From: Octopus sinensis
Taxonomy: Eukaryota
DNA: 64,000 nucleotides
Direction of reading: 5' to 3'
Assembly: GCF_006345805.1 (NCBI RefSeq)
Contig: NC_043015.1
Coordinates: forward strand, 44,454,001-44,518,000
This document shows, in pieces, positions 23,395-38,647 of the stretch (positions within the stretch are counted from its first letter, which is position 1; the number at the start of each line of letters is the position of its first letter). Made by a program: the position numbers and the translations under genes. The notes below the pieces were generated by a model. It worked only from the letters and a program-made list of their open reading frames with translations. It was not told where the DNA came from and made no database searches.

Positions 23395-23800
23395 TGGCAT
23401 CTTCGAGCGACTAACGTCTGGTATACTCCGACCTCAAAGCCAACATCTCTTCGAACATCACATCAACTTACTTTCCGCTAAGTCAAGGACACTAACAGCG
23501 GCATTCTTCAAATATATGAAAACCATTTATATTAATAAAGATATTTAAGAGAAAAACCGGCAAACTGGACAAATTGTGTTTGTTTACAGAAGGCAAACGA
23601 ATAAATTTTACATGATGGGTTGCACAGTTGAAGTTTTCGTAATTAGTTTAAATAGCCTGAAGAGCCACCAGCAGTCTTGCAGCGCCGTATCTGGTCAATG
23701 CTCTGAAGAAGACTAATTTAATCATTTGGTTATTATTATATAACGTTTGGTCGAAATATTACCCAATTTCTAAATACATTATTGAACTGTTTTTGCTATG
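23395..23800 (+). mobile_element. Probable decayed PLE 3' end (GIY-YIG C-terminal region plus terminal repeat with HHR relic)
   Basis: Faint translation *TGIFERLTSGILRPQSQHLFEHH..KPFILIKIFK. It is followed by CTGAAGA-A-GACTAA...TTGGTC-GAAA-TATT at 23703-23760, but stem I is not recoverable. Confidence 0.4.
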
Positions 23801-24072
23801 TCGAGTTATATATCATCTGGTGAGTTAAACTTTCAAAAGTTCGATATACTCACATCAAGGGGGAAATGTCTGTCACGATAATACGACTGGTTCTGTTCAA
23901 TTGAATTATATACTGACTATTTCCTCTCCCTCCGAATCCTTCGCCTACATTAAACTTCTTTCTCTCTTCCTTCCTCTCTCTCTCTCTCTCTCTCTCTTTC
24001 TTTCTGACACTTTTAATTCTCTCCTTCCCTTTCGCCGCTCTTTCTATCAATACATGCATTTATAAGCTTCTA

Positions 24073-24380
24073 TTCTTTTATTTTTTTACTTGTTTCAGTC
24101 GTTTGATTGCGACCATGCTGGAGCACGGACTTAAAGGGGTTTTAGTCGAAGAAATCGATCCATGTACTTATTCTCTATTCTCTGTAAGCCTAGTACTTAT
24201 TCCATCGGGGAACAAACACAGACACAATGTGCTGTGTGGTAAGTAAATTGCTTACCAACCACATGGCTCTGGGTTCAGTCCCACAGCGTGCCACATTGGG
24301 CAAGCGTCTTCTACTATAGCCTCGGGCCGACCAAAGCCATGTAAGTGCATTTGGTAGACGGAACCAGCTACGAAAGAAGG
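24073..24380. mobile_element. SINE family B copy with inverted 5' half
   Basis: The tail half is on the minus strand (24073-24225) and abuts the head half on the plus strand (24226-24380, GCTGTGTGGTAAG..GGGTTCAGTCCCA..GGTAGACGGAA). Confidence 0.8.
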
Positions 24381-25577
24381 ACTTGAGGTGCAGCAGTAAT
24401 ACCATTATCGTATTGTAATTACAGTATCCTAAAATCTCTAATTTGAAATGTGTCCTTTCATCTTGTGAAATTTAAAAACATTGTAATTTCATATTCCACC
24501 TTATGAACCCTATCTGGTAATTCACATATATTTTGAAATGTGAATTTTGTAGGATCAGATACAATAGACATTAGACTCTTTCTATATTATGGAGTAATAT
24601 TCGATCTTAATTCTCAGTACGAATACGGACCGCGAAAAGATCCATCGATCCTTTCCGAACAGCGTCGGGAACCTATATCTGTAGATTAGATTAGAATTTT
24701 TGCAATAAAAACAGGGTTGTTTCACACGCGCAAAATAGGTATTTAAACGAGAACATGTAGCTCTTTCTGTCAGGAAATAATGTAATTTCGTTTCTTGTTA
24801 AGTTTAAATAATATGTAGTACACGCAAACGGCTGAGTGCTTTCATTTAGTAAATTTAAACGAAATAGTAATTTCATAATATGCCCTATGAATTTTGTTAG
24901 GTATTGAACAAACTATGCGTAGAACTCTTAATATTTCCAGTGACTCCGATTGAAAGAATTTTAAAAAATTACATTCGAAAGTAAAGCTTATATATCCTAG
25001 TAGAAAGTCCATCGGATATTAATCTCTGCCTATTTTGTGTTGTAATATTTGTGAATTTATCAAATGCAGATTTGTCGATTCATCAAAAATTTTGTGATAT
25101 AATCAAATTCGTTTTACTTGAGCAAAATGAGAGGTTTTTTTCAACAACAACGAGAAACCATTTGTGACAGGATGAAATATCATTTTGTAACTTGTTATAT
25201 AGAAGTGACAAGTAGCACATCACTGGAACAGATTTCGATTTCATATTCTATATGAAGTTAATTTAATGGCGTGCTACATGAATATGGGAAATTTAATGCT
25301 ATGTTTGATACGGATATAGAATATAGAAACCAAGCGTTTTAGAGGAAGACAGGATGGCGTCAGTCTAAGCATGAAATTATATATTTAATGATAGTGAAGA
25401 GATTTGTTAGCTTGGTTTCTGTTGAAATACGAGTAGGTTAAATTCTAGTTTAATCCTTTTGAAAATACACTGAAGATCACAGGGTAGCCATTTAGATATA
25501 TACATATATACATACATGCATGCATACGCACACACACAAACATATAATGTATGTATATGCATAAATTTATCTATCTG

Positions 25578-25612
<35 letters not shown>

Positions 25613-25766
25613 TATATACAAATATATGTTTTATGCGTTTAATTTCATGGTTGTCTTTCATAAAGATAACTACATACTGGAATGCGTACATACACATACT
25701 CCTATATACAAACACAGACACATACACGCAAATATGTATATATATATCCATATTTGTGTGTGCATG

Positions 25767-25801
<35 letters not shown>

Positions 25802-26661
25802 CATACATACATATATATACATACATATACAGCAAGCTCTAGATAGGGGAATAGTGCAATGGCAGATTGCTAAAATGAGGACGCTTCTTATTTTCAATAG
25901 AATAATTTTGAAAAATATCATTTTTTTGCTTTTCTAAATATAACTATAAAAACCAAAAAAAAAAAGTCATCCAAGAGAGGATGGAATTTCTTTATATATT
26001 TTTTCATTTGTAACGTACCATGCATTCTACACCGAAAGCTTTTTTTTTTTTTTTTTTTTGAGAAAATATCATTTGAAGAAATATTTCGGTTGAATTTATT
26101 GCCTATTAAATCTGCTTGTTTACGTTACCACCGTAAATGAATTCAAGAGATAGATAGATTTCGACACAAATATACAAACACAAATATTTCATAGAATATT
26201 TTGGACTTCAGTGAACATACAATTTTTTTTTTTTACATCAGTTTTTAAATGGAGGAGCAAAGAAAAATGAAATAATATTTCACTGCATTTTCTTACCCTG
26301 TTTAACAATAGATTTTTCTACGTGTCATATGATTAATTTTCTTATTCATGTCATCGATTTCAATTTAATGTTGCATTAAGCAAATTTATAAATGTTAACA
26401 TTTTTTTCCTTTCATTTTTAAGTACAGTTTAATGTTTTGCATTTATATTCATGTAAATTCTGTTTATCTAGCAACCCATACGTCCGTGTATTCTTCCTAT
26501 CTATCTTCGCATCTTGTATCTATCCATTTATGTAAATTAGATTCTTGTAACTGTCCATTTTCATATCTATTTTGTGCGTCCATACTTGCTTCCTATATAC
26601 GCACCCCACGCTATACACCAACGCAAGTACACACGCACACACACACGTGCAAAAACACTTG

Positions 26662-26695
<34 letters not shown>

Positions 26696-26711
26696 TATAA
26701 TCTATGTATGT

Positions 26712-26723
26712 ATCTATCTATTC

Positions 26724-26817
<94 letters not shown>

Positions 26818-26866
26818 ATATCATCTATCTATTAGCTCTATCTATCTATCTATCTATCTATCTATA

Positions 26867-26910
<44 letters not shown>

Positions 26911-26940
26911 ATCTATCTATCTATCTATATATATATCTAT
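26712..26940. repeat. (ATCT)n microsatellite
   Basis: Read directly. Similar tracts occur at about 38725-38860, 51200-51250 and 60315-60470. Confidence 0.95.
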
Positions 26941-27029
26941 ATGTATATATATAAATTTTAGACATATGGAATCTAATACGCTGGAGCTTGACTTTCATTC
27001 CATCATTCCATGATGTCTTAAATAGTTCT

Positions 27030-27700
27030 AGATTTCAAATTTCTCTGCATAATATTTCGTCTAAGGCTAGACGTGCCTTACCCAAAATGCTCTTCCTAAA
27101 TACCTTAATTGGCTTACAGGGAAGAACACAATGTACCCGGTCACTCGATGCCATTAAAAGAGCAATGACTGTGCTGCCCGCTAACCTTTCTCGAGTGCAG
27201 CTGACTTATGCCATATTTAAGATAGCACAGTACTCAGCATCCATCAACTTCACGAAGAAAACCACTTCCCATTCCATAACAAATCCCTGTACTCTCCGTA
27301 TGTGCGAGTGTTTGAAACAAATTTGAAAGGAACCAGACTATTGCCGATACATGTGGAGCCCCTTAGATTAGGCTACCGTCAGACAGAATGGGTGTAGAGA
27401 AGCATAAATAGATGAGTTCCAAAGATGATGTTACAGAGAACAAGGTACCTAGTATTATTTCGAATTTACACCATCTGTAAAGAGATGTGACTAAATTCAG
27501 TGAACATCTTACATATAAGTCTCTAGCAAACCCATCATCGGATGTACTGCTGAAAGCCACAGTATATTATTCTCATTTAAGTTAAAGCTCCCATAATCGT
27601 ATACAACGATGATGTAGGATTTTTTGAAGCGTTTTCTTTGAGGACCCTATCCAGATATCGCAAATAAAAAGAGAAGCGCCCTCCTTGTCTATGGAGATTA
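27030..27700 (+). mobile_element. Ancient LINE RT remnant
   Basis: Collinear faint motifs in shifting frames: KARRALPKML, WLTGRTQC, FETNLKG, TEWV and RDVTKFSEHLTYK..KA, resembling KAFD.VPH, WLTGRKQ, ADDTKL and RDLGV. Confidence 0.3.
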
Positions 27701-28349
27701 GAATAAGTTCGGATGCATATGAACAGAAATGTTGAGTTATGCAAGATGTATAGGCAAAGGGCCCCGCGTATGTGATTCAAGCAGGACAAATGTGGCAGTA
27801 TAGAATCTTAAGTAATATTTGTGGCCAGCATGTGCAGCACCTATATATCCCTCGTATTTCCAGAATATATCATCTTGACAGGCGTAAATCAAGGACCCAC
27901 TTCATGAATCAGATTTAAAATTCCCATGACAAAATATATTTGCCACCAATGACGTGCTAGGTCTATGCAATATAATATAGGACTTGACGTTGATCAAATT
28001 TACAGATCCCGAATGCATTCGATAATAGATTGTTATGAATAAGAAAATCAAATTAAAAATGAAGGAAATCGAGGAGAAAACGTAGAAGATTTGTGTCGAA
28101 GTATCGAATAAATAATGGCATTAGAAAGGCTGATTTCACGAAATTAAAGTTGTAAAATTTAATATGAAGTAAACTAGAGCTCAAAAATGGTTCTCTTTCC
28201 TACATATACAAGATGACATTTGTCACACAATATTACGGGTATTGCGAAACGCATTTTAACTGTAAATTCACTGACGCCATCAGCATTCTAAGCCACTGAA
28301 ACAAGTAACAACAGAGAATTATGGTCCTGTAATAATCCAGCGGTCCACT

Positions 28350-28641
28350 TGCTAAAAATGGATGACTACCAGAATTGCACCATGTCATGATAGAAGTTAT
28401 AAACACGGATGGTCATAATTCAATGTTTTTCGTAAGTTTATCAAAGTTGTGAATAAGAAATTTGACGCAATACCTGGTGATATATCTTCTGAAGAAAGGC
28501 GACTTACGACTCTGCCATAATTACGAAGTCAGTAATTTGATCAAACACCCAACGAAAGTACAGCTGAGAGGACTTCTAAACAGCTTTTGGCAGAAAGCAG
28601 AAGAAATGTTTGTAGAAGGGCAAAGAAGATTAAAACCTTAA
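28350..28641 (+). mobile_element. RTE-clade RT fragment
   Basis: 28483-28638 translates YLLKKGDLRLCHNYEVSNLIKHPTKVQLRGLLNSFWQKAEEMFVEGQRRLKP, matching RTE PKKGDL..C.NYRTISLISH.SKV.L..IL.RL....E....EEQAGFR. Confidence 0.75.
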
Positions 28642-28852
28642 AATGCAGGAAATATATGAAATCTCGCATATAACGGTGCTCTAAAAATTGAGAAACATCT
28701 GACGGAACGGTGAATTCATTTGTAGCTTCTTAGCTATCATCAGCATCGTGTAACGCAAGATATACAACTCCTGAAATAAATCTGGATGTATTCGTTTCCT
28801 TATAATGAATCAAAATCAAACTCTAACTGAAGCTAAAAATTCATTCACCTTT

Positions 28853-28868
28853 CCACCAGAGGGCGCCA
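28853..28868 (+). promoter_or_regulatory. Candidate CTCF binding motif
   Basis: CCACCAGAGGGCGCCA closely matches the bilaterian CTCF core CCACCAG(G/A)GGGCGC, in AT-rich DNA. Motif only, no binding data. Confidence 0.45.
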
Positions 28869-29760
28869 TTAGATGATTATTGGCGTTTTAGCGCCTAGTA
28901 CATACAGCGAGATTTTTCTCTTCAGTAAACAGCGATGAATTCTGCATTTGTGTATATCAAATATGTCTGAAACATATTTGATCTGATCTAAATATTTGTT
29001 TACCCACAGCATAGTTTTCCCATGCCAAGAACAATATTTTTTTTCAGACTAGTCCGGCGTCGGATGTAACTTGTTCATATTTTGATACTGGTTTACTATC
29101 AGCAAACTAAGGATTCTTGATTAATTCTAGAATTGCAGTCAACCACCCTAACAGAAGGCGTCTGTTGAATGACTGTTGGTGTTTTTATAACACCTATTGG
29201 GACACCTTTTTCTCAAAGGCAAAACAGCAGTGCAGTTCAAATATATCTGAAACATATTTGTAATGATCAAAATATATTTACAGTCACACAAATTTCAAAT
29301 GTAGAAACTGATTTTCGGTTATTATTACAGTACTTCTTATGAATATATAAAAAAACAAAACATTTATTCAATTTAAAAAAAAATTATAGAATTCGATATT
29401 TATGCAATCGTGGTTTAATGACGAATACACGATGAACCAAAATTTCAAATCAAAAGTTACTCTTTACCATTTCCTCATAAATATTTGCGCACGCATACAC
29501 ACTCACACACTCATACGCATTTCTTGTGTGCGTGTATATGTGTGAGCGCGCGTAGTGCGTGTACATCCCTGTATATGAAAGTGTATATTTATGATTATGT
29601 GCATAAATGTATGTATATATATATATATGTATATATATATTTATATACATACATATATATATATATATGACTAAATAATTATAAGCATATGTATATATAC
29701 ATATATATTATGTATAAAAACCACATATATATAAACATAACCACATGATTATATGCATAT

Positions 29761-29793
<33 letters not shown>

Positions 29794-29930
29794 TATATGT
29801 ATATATATATATGTAATATAATATATAGATATATATATATATATTTATATATATATGTATATATATATATTTATACATAGTCATATTCATAGACGCATAT
29901 GTATATATGTATATAGTATATATGTATATA

Positions 29931-29985
<55 letters not shown>

Positions 29986-30001
29986 TACACACTTATATGC
30001 A

Positions 30002-30037
<36 letters not shown>

Positions 30038-30600
30038 CATATATATATATTATACAACTTTATATGCATAGACCCACACGTACGTAATTAAAGTCATGGC
30101 ATCTCATCTCTAAATATTCACAAAAAATTTTTAAAAAGAAACAGATGAACGTTCTAAAGATGATGAAAGTAAGTATTCATAAAAGAATAAGGAGTGTTTC
30201 AATAGAAACTAGATATAGATTATTCAATTCCGTACATTTTGTAATCGATAGACGAATAATTAAAGTAGTGGCACATATAACTCATGTATATCGTCTGGAA
30301 ATAGAGAGGGGGGTTGATGTTTGAGTGGGGTTCAAAGATTCTGGGGGAATTTTCGCGACAGTATGTTCTGTAAGGAAAATGGGTAGTTTAATAGGAACAA
30401 AGCGTTTTGTGCTTATGCGTGTGCGCGCGCATACCCACATACTTATGTGTGCGTGTATGTCTCTGTGTGTTTGTGCGTCTGTGTGTCAATATACTTACAT
30501 ATTTATATTTATGCATACACATACACACATACACACACATATATATATATGTGAGTATGTGTGTGTGTGTGTATCTGAGTATTATAGATATACATATATA

Positions 30601-30646
<46 letters not shown>

Positions 30647-30920
30647 TATATATAAATATATATGGATATATTTCTAAACACAGACGTATAAACACACACA
30701 CATACACTCATACATGTACATTTGTGTGTCTGTATGTGTGTGTCTGAGTGTCTGTGTGTCAGTATATATACTTATATATATATATACGCATGTTATACTA
30801 TATTTATATACGTGTGTGTGTATAGTATATATATATATACATATACATATATATGTATTATATTAATATACAACCAAACATGTATAAATACATCCCCTAT
30901 AACACACACATATACACACA

Positions 30921-30956
<36 letters not shown>

Positions 30957-30995
30957 CATTTTCTGTGTGAATGGGGACAGTGTGATCAAAAAGAG

Positions 30996-31029
<34 letters not shown>

Positions 31030-31187
31030 AGGCTGACACAAAGAAAGAGTAGGAGAAGGACGGCGGAAAAATTTAAAGAATACTAGAGATACATTTTGTT
31101 CCATAAAAAACAATTTAAGTCCGCTTACAACGAGTACATAAAAAAATCACGTTTGTATGGTTATATACGTGTGCGAGTGTGTCAATG

Positions 31188-31234
<47 letters not shown>

Positions 31235-31527
31235 TGTGTGTGCTGGAGAGAAGTGAGCGTGAGAGTGCGTATGATCGATCAGAATGCACAAGCCACAAAT
31301 TCATTACTTTGAGCTCTATCATTAGAGGCTTGCATATATATTTATAGCTTGAACTGAAAAGAGCAAGCAGACGTCAACTAGACACATAGGCTCTTCAGAA
31401 AAGGAGAGCGTTTGTTGTTCGTTTATATTTTATGCTCCTTTTATCACACCAGTTAACATATCAATTCAAATAGATGTACTTGGTGTATACGTATATATAG
31501 TTGAATTATATGTGTGTTTCTGTGTAC

Positions 31528-31574
<47 letters not shown>

Positions 31575-31936
31575 TAAAATGTATATATGTATGTATACAC
31601 ACATATATGTATATGTATATATATATATTCATAAATAAGGATACATATACAGTATACTATTATATATAAGATTAATATTTATATATATATGTATATATGT
31701 ATATGTATGTATATATAAGAACGTATGTGTGTATATGTGTATGCCTCCACACACACATATATACACATATTCGTTCATATATGCCTGTGTGTATGCATTA
31801 AATGTCTGTCTTGCGCGTAGGCGTTAACGCGTAGATATACGTGTGTATGTAGTGTACGAGCATGTAGCTCTGTGTATGTGCGTGCATACATACACAGAGA
31901 TATAGCATATGTATATACTATATATAAGTAATATAT

Positions 31937-32000
<64 letters not shown>

Positions 32001-32043
32001 ATATATACACATATATATTACATATATATATACTATATATATA

Positions 32044-32112
<69 letters not shown>

Positions 32113-32779
32113 CACATATACATACCTGCATATTTAGCATGTATATGTGTGTATTTATGTATTTATGTGTGCATGAAACGCCATGAACCAGACCTAAATA
32201 TGGAACCGTTTACTTCAGTACTTTCCTACTAAATCGGTTTTCATATTTTCTGCTTTCTTTCAGAATATATGCTATAGAAAACACCTAAATGGATTCGTGT
32301 AAATTCTTTACATGAAGAGAACACAGTTATACTAGTTCGAAAGAGAACTTTTATCCACTAGACATAACCGCTTTCTAATTTTAGTGAATGTATTTTCTAT
32401 GCTATCTTTCGCTTTAAAAATATCGATTCATGAAAATGTGATTATAGAGCACTTTTAAAGGAAACACCAACATGCAATTGTCGTCATCACCGTCATCATC
32501 ATCATCATCGTCACCATCATCATCGGTTATTTATATCGACTAATAATAAAGTCCATAGGGCTGACGTGCATGTACCTTAGTCGCAGAGTAAGTGCACAAC
32601 TCCTTTCGGCTGAGAGTCACTGAGAGTGTTACGGGACTTCAGTGACTTCAAAACCGTCGATCATTTCTGAATATATATTTATGCAATGTCGCATCGATCA
32701 ACGCGTATCTGTTCTTGGATTGATAGAGCAGGTGCCGCTGTCAAAATCTGAGGAGCGTTTTGTTAACATGCTACGGTTC

Positions 32780-33420
32780 GTCTACCAATGGGATTACTAG
32801 TTGCTCATATCCGCACAGAATGTGCTTTCTTTCTGCTATGAAGCTACGAACGACAATCGGAAGGGTCATGCAACCACCGTTATGACACCTGTTATTTTTC
32901 CTTAAATTTCTAAATTCTAAATTACTTTCGAAGGGGAAGAGAGTATAAGTGGAAAGTATAGGGCTTGACTTCATATAAGGAACACATATCCATCTGGTTT
33001 ATTTTTTTACAATTCTCACTTGGTGCCAATATACAGACGCATTTGTGTTACGAGGAGGCATTGGAAAAATATTCACTGTGGGCCCGTTGTACAACCCGAA
33101 AAATATGCAACCCGTATTCAGTACAGGCCAGCAAGCAGTCGAATAATGTGTAGTGTACACATGCAATAATTCTCCTTCACTAAAGCAGGTCAGATATGCT
33201 TTTTCAGTGGCGGTGTCCTATATACTTTGTAGCCTGCACATGGCACTCATTAATAGCACAGCCAGCCAATATATGTCCTATAGATGCATTATAAGTCACG
33301 ATCTCGTATGTCTCGTATGTCTGTATTTCTCGGCGTGCCAGAAGCCCCCGTCTATGTTATTGTCGTTCATTTTCTTCACTACCCCCATTAAAATGTGTAA
33401 GAGTAATTTTACCTGATCTC
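32780..33420 (-). mobile_element. Very decayed RTE-like RT remnant
   Basis: Minus-strand fragments in the expected order: VKLLLHILM, DGGFW, EKAY, SPILSTY, FIAE. Confidence 0.25.
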
Positions 33421-33599
33421 CATTATTCAGCATTTAATGGATGCTGGTCATCATGTCATATGCCTTATATTACAATGTTTTCGTGACGTCAGTATGGGAC
33501 TAAGCTTAAGGTTTTTATATGCAGTATGTGAAGCGCACTTTTTTCAGGCAAGTACAAAATTGATAAAGTTATTTGCTGTGACAAGCGCATTGCATGTAC

Positions 33600-34090
<491 letters not shown>

Positions 34091-34094
34091 ACAA

Positions 34095-34280
34095 CTAAGT
34101 AAAATAAGTTAGGAATGAGAACTGAAGTTCTAAATTTCCCCAAGACGCCTGATGAAGTCTGGATGGTATATCAGCCAAAAACATAGTGTTAACAACAAAC
34201 AAGGTGAAAACAAATATCCGTCAAATGTATATTAAGTAAATAAATGTAAATAATGTAAATAATGTAAATAATGTACTTAA
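34095..34280 (+). mobile_element. PLE terminal-repeat-like element with decayed hammerhead motif
   Basis: GACGC-CTGATGA(34149-34155)-A-GTCTG..CAGCC-AAAA-ACAT-AGTGTT (G of GAAA lost); it ends in (ATGTAAATA)n repeats. Confidence 0.5.
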
Positions 34281-35068
34281 CCTTCTTTCTGAATTTACTC
34301 CTACTTATGTAATATTAGCTATTCATCTCATTTGGTTGATAAAATATTGCAGATACAAGTGCTGCGATCGAATTTATCCACGTTCCAAAATGGTTGCGTA
34401 TGTGCTCATTTTAGACATAATTAATTATAACTCTACTAGTTTGAGGAATGTAATAGCGCCTGAAACATCAGTAGCGGTACTTTTGTAGCTATTTTAGTTA
34501 CAGTGATTGCAATGTCGTACGGTGCATCAATTACGTGAATTATTAATGAAGATACAATAATGAACATGAAAAACAAATACTTTAAAATAAAGGGAATTCT
34601 AAAGGAGGAAAATAATCAAAGCAATCGAAAACATTATAAATGATTAACAGTAGAATCAAGACCAATATATATGTATGCATCCCTCACCAAAAAAAAAAAA
34701 GGGAAGAAATGGAGAAAGAACTTAAGTAAAACAATGAAGAAAAGTTAAATAAAAGAGATGCAGACAGAGAGAATGAGAAAAAAGACGGGGAAAGAAAAAA
34801 ACAGATAAAGAATGAGAGAAAGAGAGGGGGAATGAGAGAAGAAATAGTGGATCAGAAAATGTAACGCCATCAATTAAGAACAGGGAATTAAATTAAAAAC
34901 AAAAAAAATGTATAAGCGGACCCTTTAATACAGATATATTACTCACACATCTTTCAATGAATATATCTTTTACAGACGCAGATGTATGTTTGTATTTGTG
35001 ATTATGGTAAGTAGTGCGTTGTACGAGTAACGTATATGTAAAAAAAATTATGAGCGTATATATAATAA

Positions 35069-35106
<38 letters not shown>

Positions 35107-35220
35107 ATATATATATGCATATATATTTTATATATATATTCTATCTATCTATATATATATATGTATATATATATAAATTATGTATATATATATATGTGTG
35201 TGTGTATATAGATATGTATA

Positions 35221-35319
<99 letters not shown>

Positions 35320-35331
35320 AATATATATATA

Positions 35332-37838
35332 TTGACTTCATGGATGACTTCTTCTTGTCCCAACTGGTACTCGAACCAACGAGATGTCACAAAAACGTCT
35401 TAGACTTAATTTTCAGCAATCACACTGATACTATCCACAATATTGCAGTGGAGAAAACCCTACTCTCCGACCATGACATGGTTCTCTGTGATCTGAGATT
35501 TCACTGGCCAAAATGCAAAACAAATGTCATCCCTCCTGCTCATCCATTTGACACTATGGATTTCCACAATGCAAACTGGGAAGCGATCAATAATGATCTT
35601 GCACAAGTCGATTGGTCCTTCACGCACACATACACACCCACTAACATCAAAAAGTCCTGGCAGTCACTTGTAGACACCATCACGAACATATGTGCAAGAC
35701 ACACCCCATTAAGATCTGCAAACAAATCTAAGTGTCGAATCCCTAGAAATAGAAAATCTCTCATAAGGAAAATAAAAGAATCAACAAAAAGATCAACATG
35801 CCTGAAATACTGTCAACAGCAACACACCAACCTAACTGCCATCTCGTCGCTAGAGATTAAAAAAACATAAACTCCAAAACAACATGATGTCTATCATCAA
35901 TAGTCAGCGAAGAGCTGAAGAGGCCTGGGCCATTGAGAAGATCAAACTCAATCCCAAAGTGTTCTTTTCATTTGCCAAAAAAACACAGAGTCACTGGTTC
36001 TACTGTTGGCCCTCTGATTGATGAAAATGGTACTCTTCAAGACAATGCCAAAACCATGGGAGAAATTTGCAGAAACAATATTGCTCTGTTTTCAGCAATC
36101 CTGATATGACTGATCTGGGCTGTATCAGTGATGTTACTCCCCAATACACTTTATCGGACATAACATTTAGCGCTCCTGATGTCTTAGCAGCAATAAAGGA
36201 AATGAAGCATAATTCAGCAGTAGGTCCGAAGGTTCCCTGCTTGTGTCTTGAAGATGTGTGCAAAACCAACTTGCACCCCCTCTAGCCAATCTGTGGCGGA
36301 ACTCATTGATGCTGGATATAACCAGAAGACTTCTATCCAGTCTGTTGTCCAGTTTTCAAAAAAGGAAACAAATCGCTTGCCGTGAATTACCGTCCAATCT
36401 CACTCACCTATCTATCATCAAGGTATTTGAGAGGGTGCTGAGATCGCGTATGACTCACTTCCTTGAGAGTCATAATATGCTGAACCCAACAAGCAGGATT
36501 CCGTAATGGGAGAGATTGCCTGACGCAGCTACTGCATCATTTTGATGACATTTGAGAGCCTGGGAGAGGGTTCCAACAATGATGTCATCTACCTTATTTC
36601 AGCAAGGCCTTTGACAGGGTTGATCATAAGATCCTTCTGAGAAAGCTGTCCAATATGGGTGTCACTGGAAAGCTGCTGCAATGGATAGTCGAGTGCTTCC
36701 TCTCTAACAGAACCCAACATGTTGTAGTCGAAGGAGTCAAATCCAGCCCAGCCAAAGTCAGCAGTGGTGTCCCACAAGCACTGTGTTGGGCCCACTTCTC
36801 TCATCATCTACATAAATGATATTACTGACACCATCAAACACAGCAACATCAGAACCTTCGCTGATGATTCCAAGCTCCAGAAGGTCATCAATGGAGTGGG
36901 ATGACCGAATAAACCTTCAGTCAGACCTACTGGCTGTTGTCCAATGGGGGCGGAAAAGAATAACATGTTGCTAATGAAGACAAATTCGAACTGATCCACT
37001 TTGGAAGGAGGACGCTCTGAAACTCCATACTCTCTTCCTTCTGGAGAAATTCTCATGGCATCCAACAACATCAGAGACCTGGGAGTAACAGTGGACAACA
37101 AATAAGCTGGGCTACACATATAAGCAGCAAAGTTGACATGGCCCGCAGAATGTGTTCCTGGATTCTCAGAACCTTCCAGTCGAGAGATTCCCACGTATTA
37201 TCCTTCTCTTCTCACTTTTGCCGACCCCACTTGAATACTGCTTGTCCACTGTGGTCTCCCTACACAAAACAAAAAATATTATGAGAATTGAAGCTCCCCA
37301 AAGGTCAATCACAAAAAGATAGATGGCATGTCAGACCTTGACTACTGGGGTAGACTAGAGAAGCTGAAATTGTATTCACTCCAACGACGCCGTGAACGCT
37401 ACATTATCTGTATGATGTGGAAAATATTCATCAGCACTGTCCGATGATGTTGGCATCACCTTCAAAATGCATCCAAGGCTTGGACCACGTGCCATCCGTC
37501 CACAACAAAAATCTAAATCGCATCACATAACGACAATACGGCACAACTATTTCACCTCAATTGGACCCGCTCTCTTCAACATTACACCAGGACACGTCAA
37601 AAAAGAAACTGACCACACAAAATTCAAGAAGTCTTTGGACAAATTCCTAAAACGTACCGGCACAAACCACCCACACCCGGATATGTCTCCGCAAAACAAT
37701 AACTCTCTGCTCGAATGGGCCTTGGTGCCCAAATCCTGACTGAAAGACTTGCCAGCCTGGTGTGCTATTAAGTTAGACATGGCCGGGGCCAATAATGGCC
37801 AAAAACCTTCTAAGTTATTCTAAGTTATTCTAAGTTAT
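35332..37838 (+). mobile_element. 5'-truncated L2/CR1-like LINE, ~2.5 kb (APE C-terminal end, RT, 3' UTR)
   Basis: Motifs: SQLVLEPTR..NVLDLIFSN..LSDHDMV (endonuclease end), NYRPISLT, SKAFDRVDH, SGVPQ, FADDSKL (36857-36877), RDLGV, RPHLEYC. Many frameshifts. The tail is (TCTAAGTTAT)x3 and both ends lie in (TA)n. Confidence 0.95.
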
Positions 37839-38377
37839 ATATATATATGTATATATACGCATATACACAGACACTCACGCACACTCACATACACACTCAT
37901 ATATATATATATTATTTTTACATACGTGTGGGTGGTTTTCGTTCTTTGCCTGTGTGTGTTCGGTAAGACTGTTGCATTTATTTTTTATTTATGCTTCCAT
38001 AAACGCTTATAACTAGTTGCCAAATAGACATATGCTCGGTGTGCTTTCTTAGACACAAAGAAGTTATTTGTGTTCGTTTTCAATTGTATTAAATATATAT
38101 TTCGCTTTCTTGACTTACAGATGCGAGTACTAAGGTATAGACAGATATACTAATATAAGAGAAAAGCGAAACTGATAAAATAAAGATATATATGTAAACC
38201 ATGGAGACATATACAAGAATACAGAACAAAATACATTAAACATGCCTCAACAGAAAACAAAAAACAGCAGTCGAAAAATACGTTCCTAGACATGTAAAAT
38301 GGCGGGGAGAATCAGAATATCCAATTAAATAAATGGAATATCTACTTCTCAGTACTATGTACCATACTGACTGTGGG

Positions 38378-38430
<53 letters not shown>

Positions 38431-38605
38431 TATATAGATAATAAATATATACATATATATTATATATAATATATATAATATATATATATACAACAGACTC
38501 GTGCATAAAGTATGCGTGTATATATGTAAAACACACACGCGTGAATATATGTCTCCAGGTATGTGAGCATAAATATGTGTAGATGGAAAGAGACATGTAT
38601 ATATG

Positions 38606-38647
<42 letters not shown>

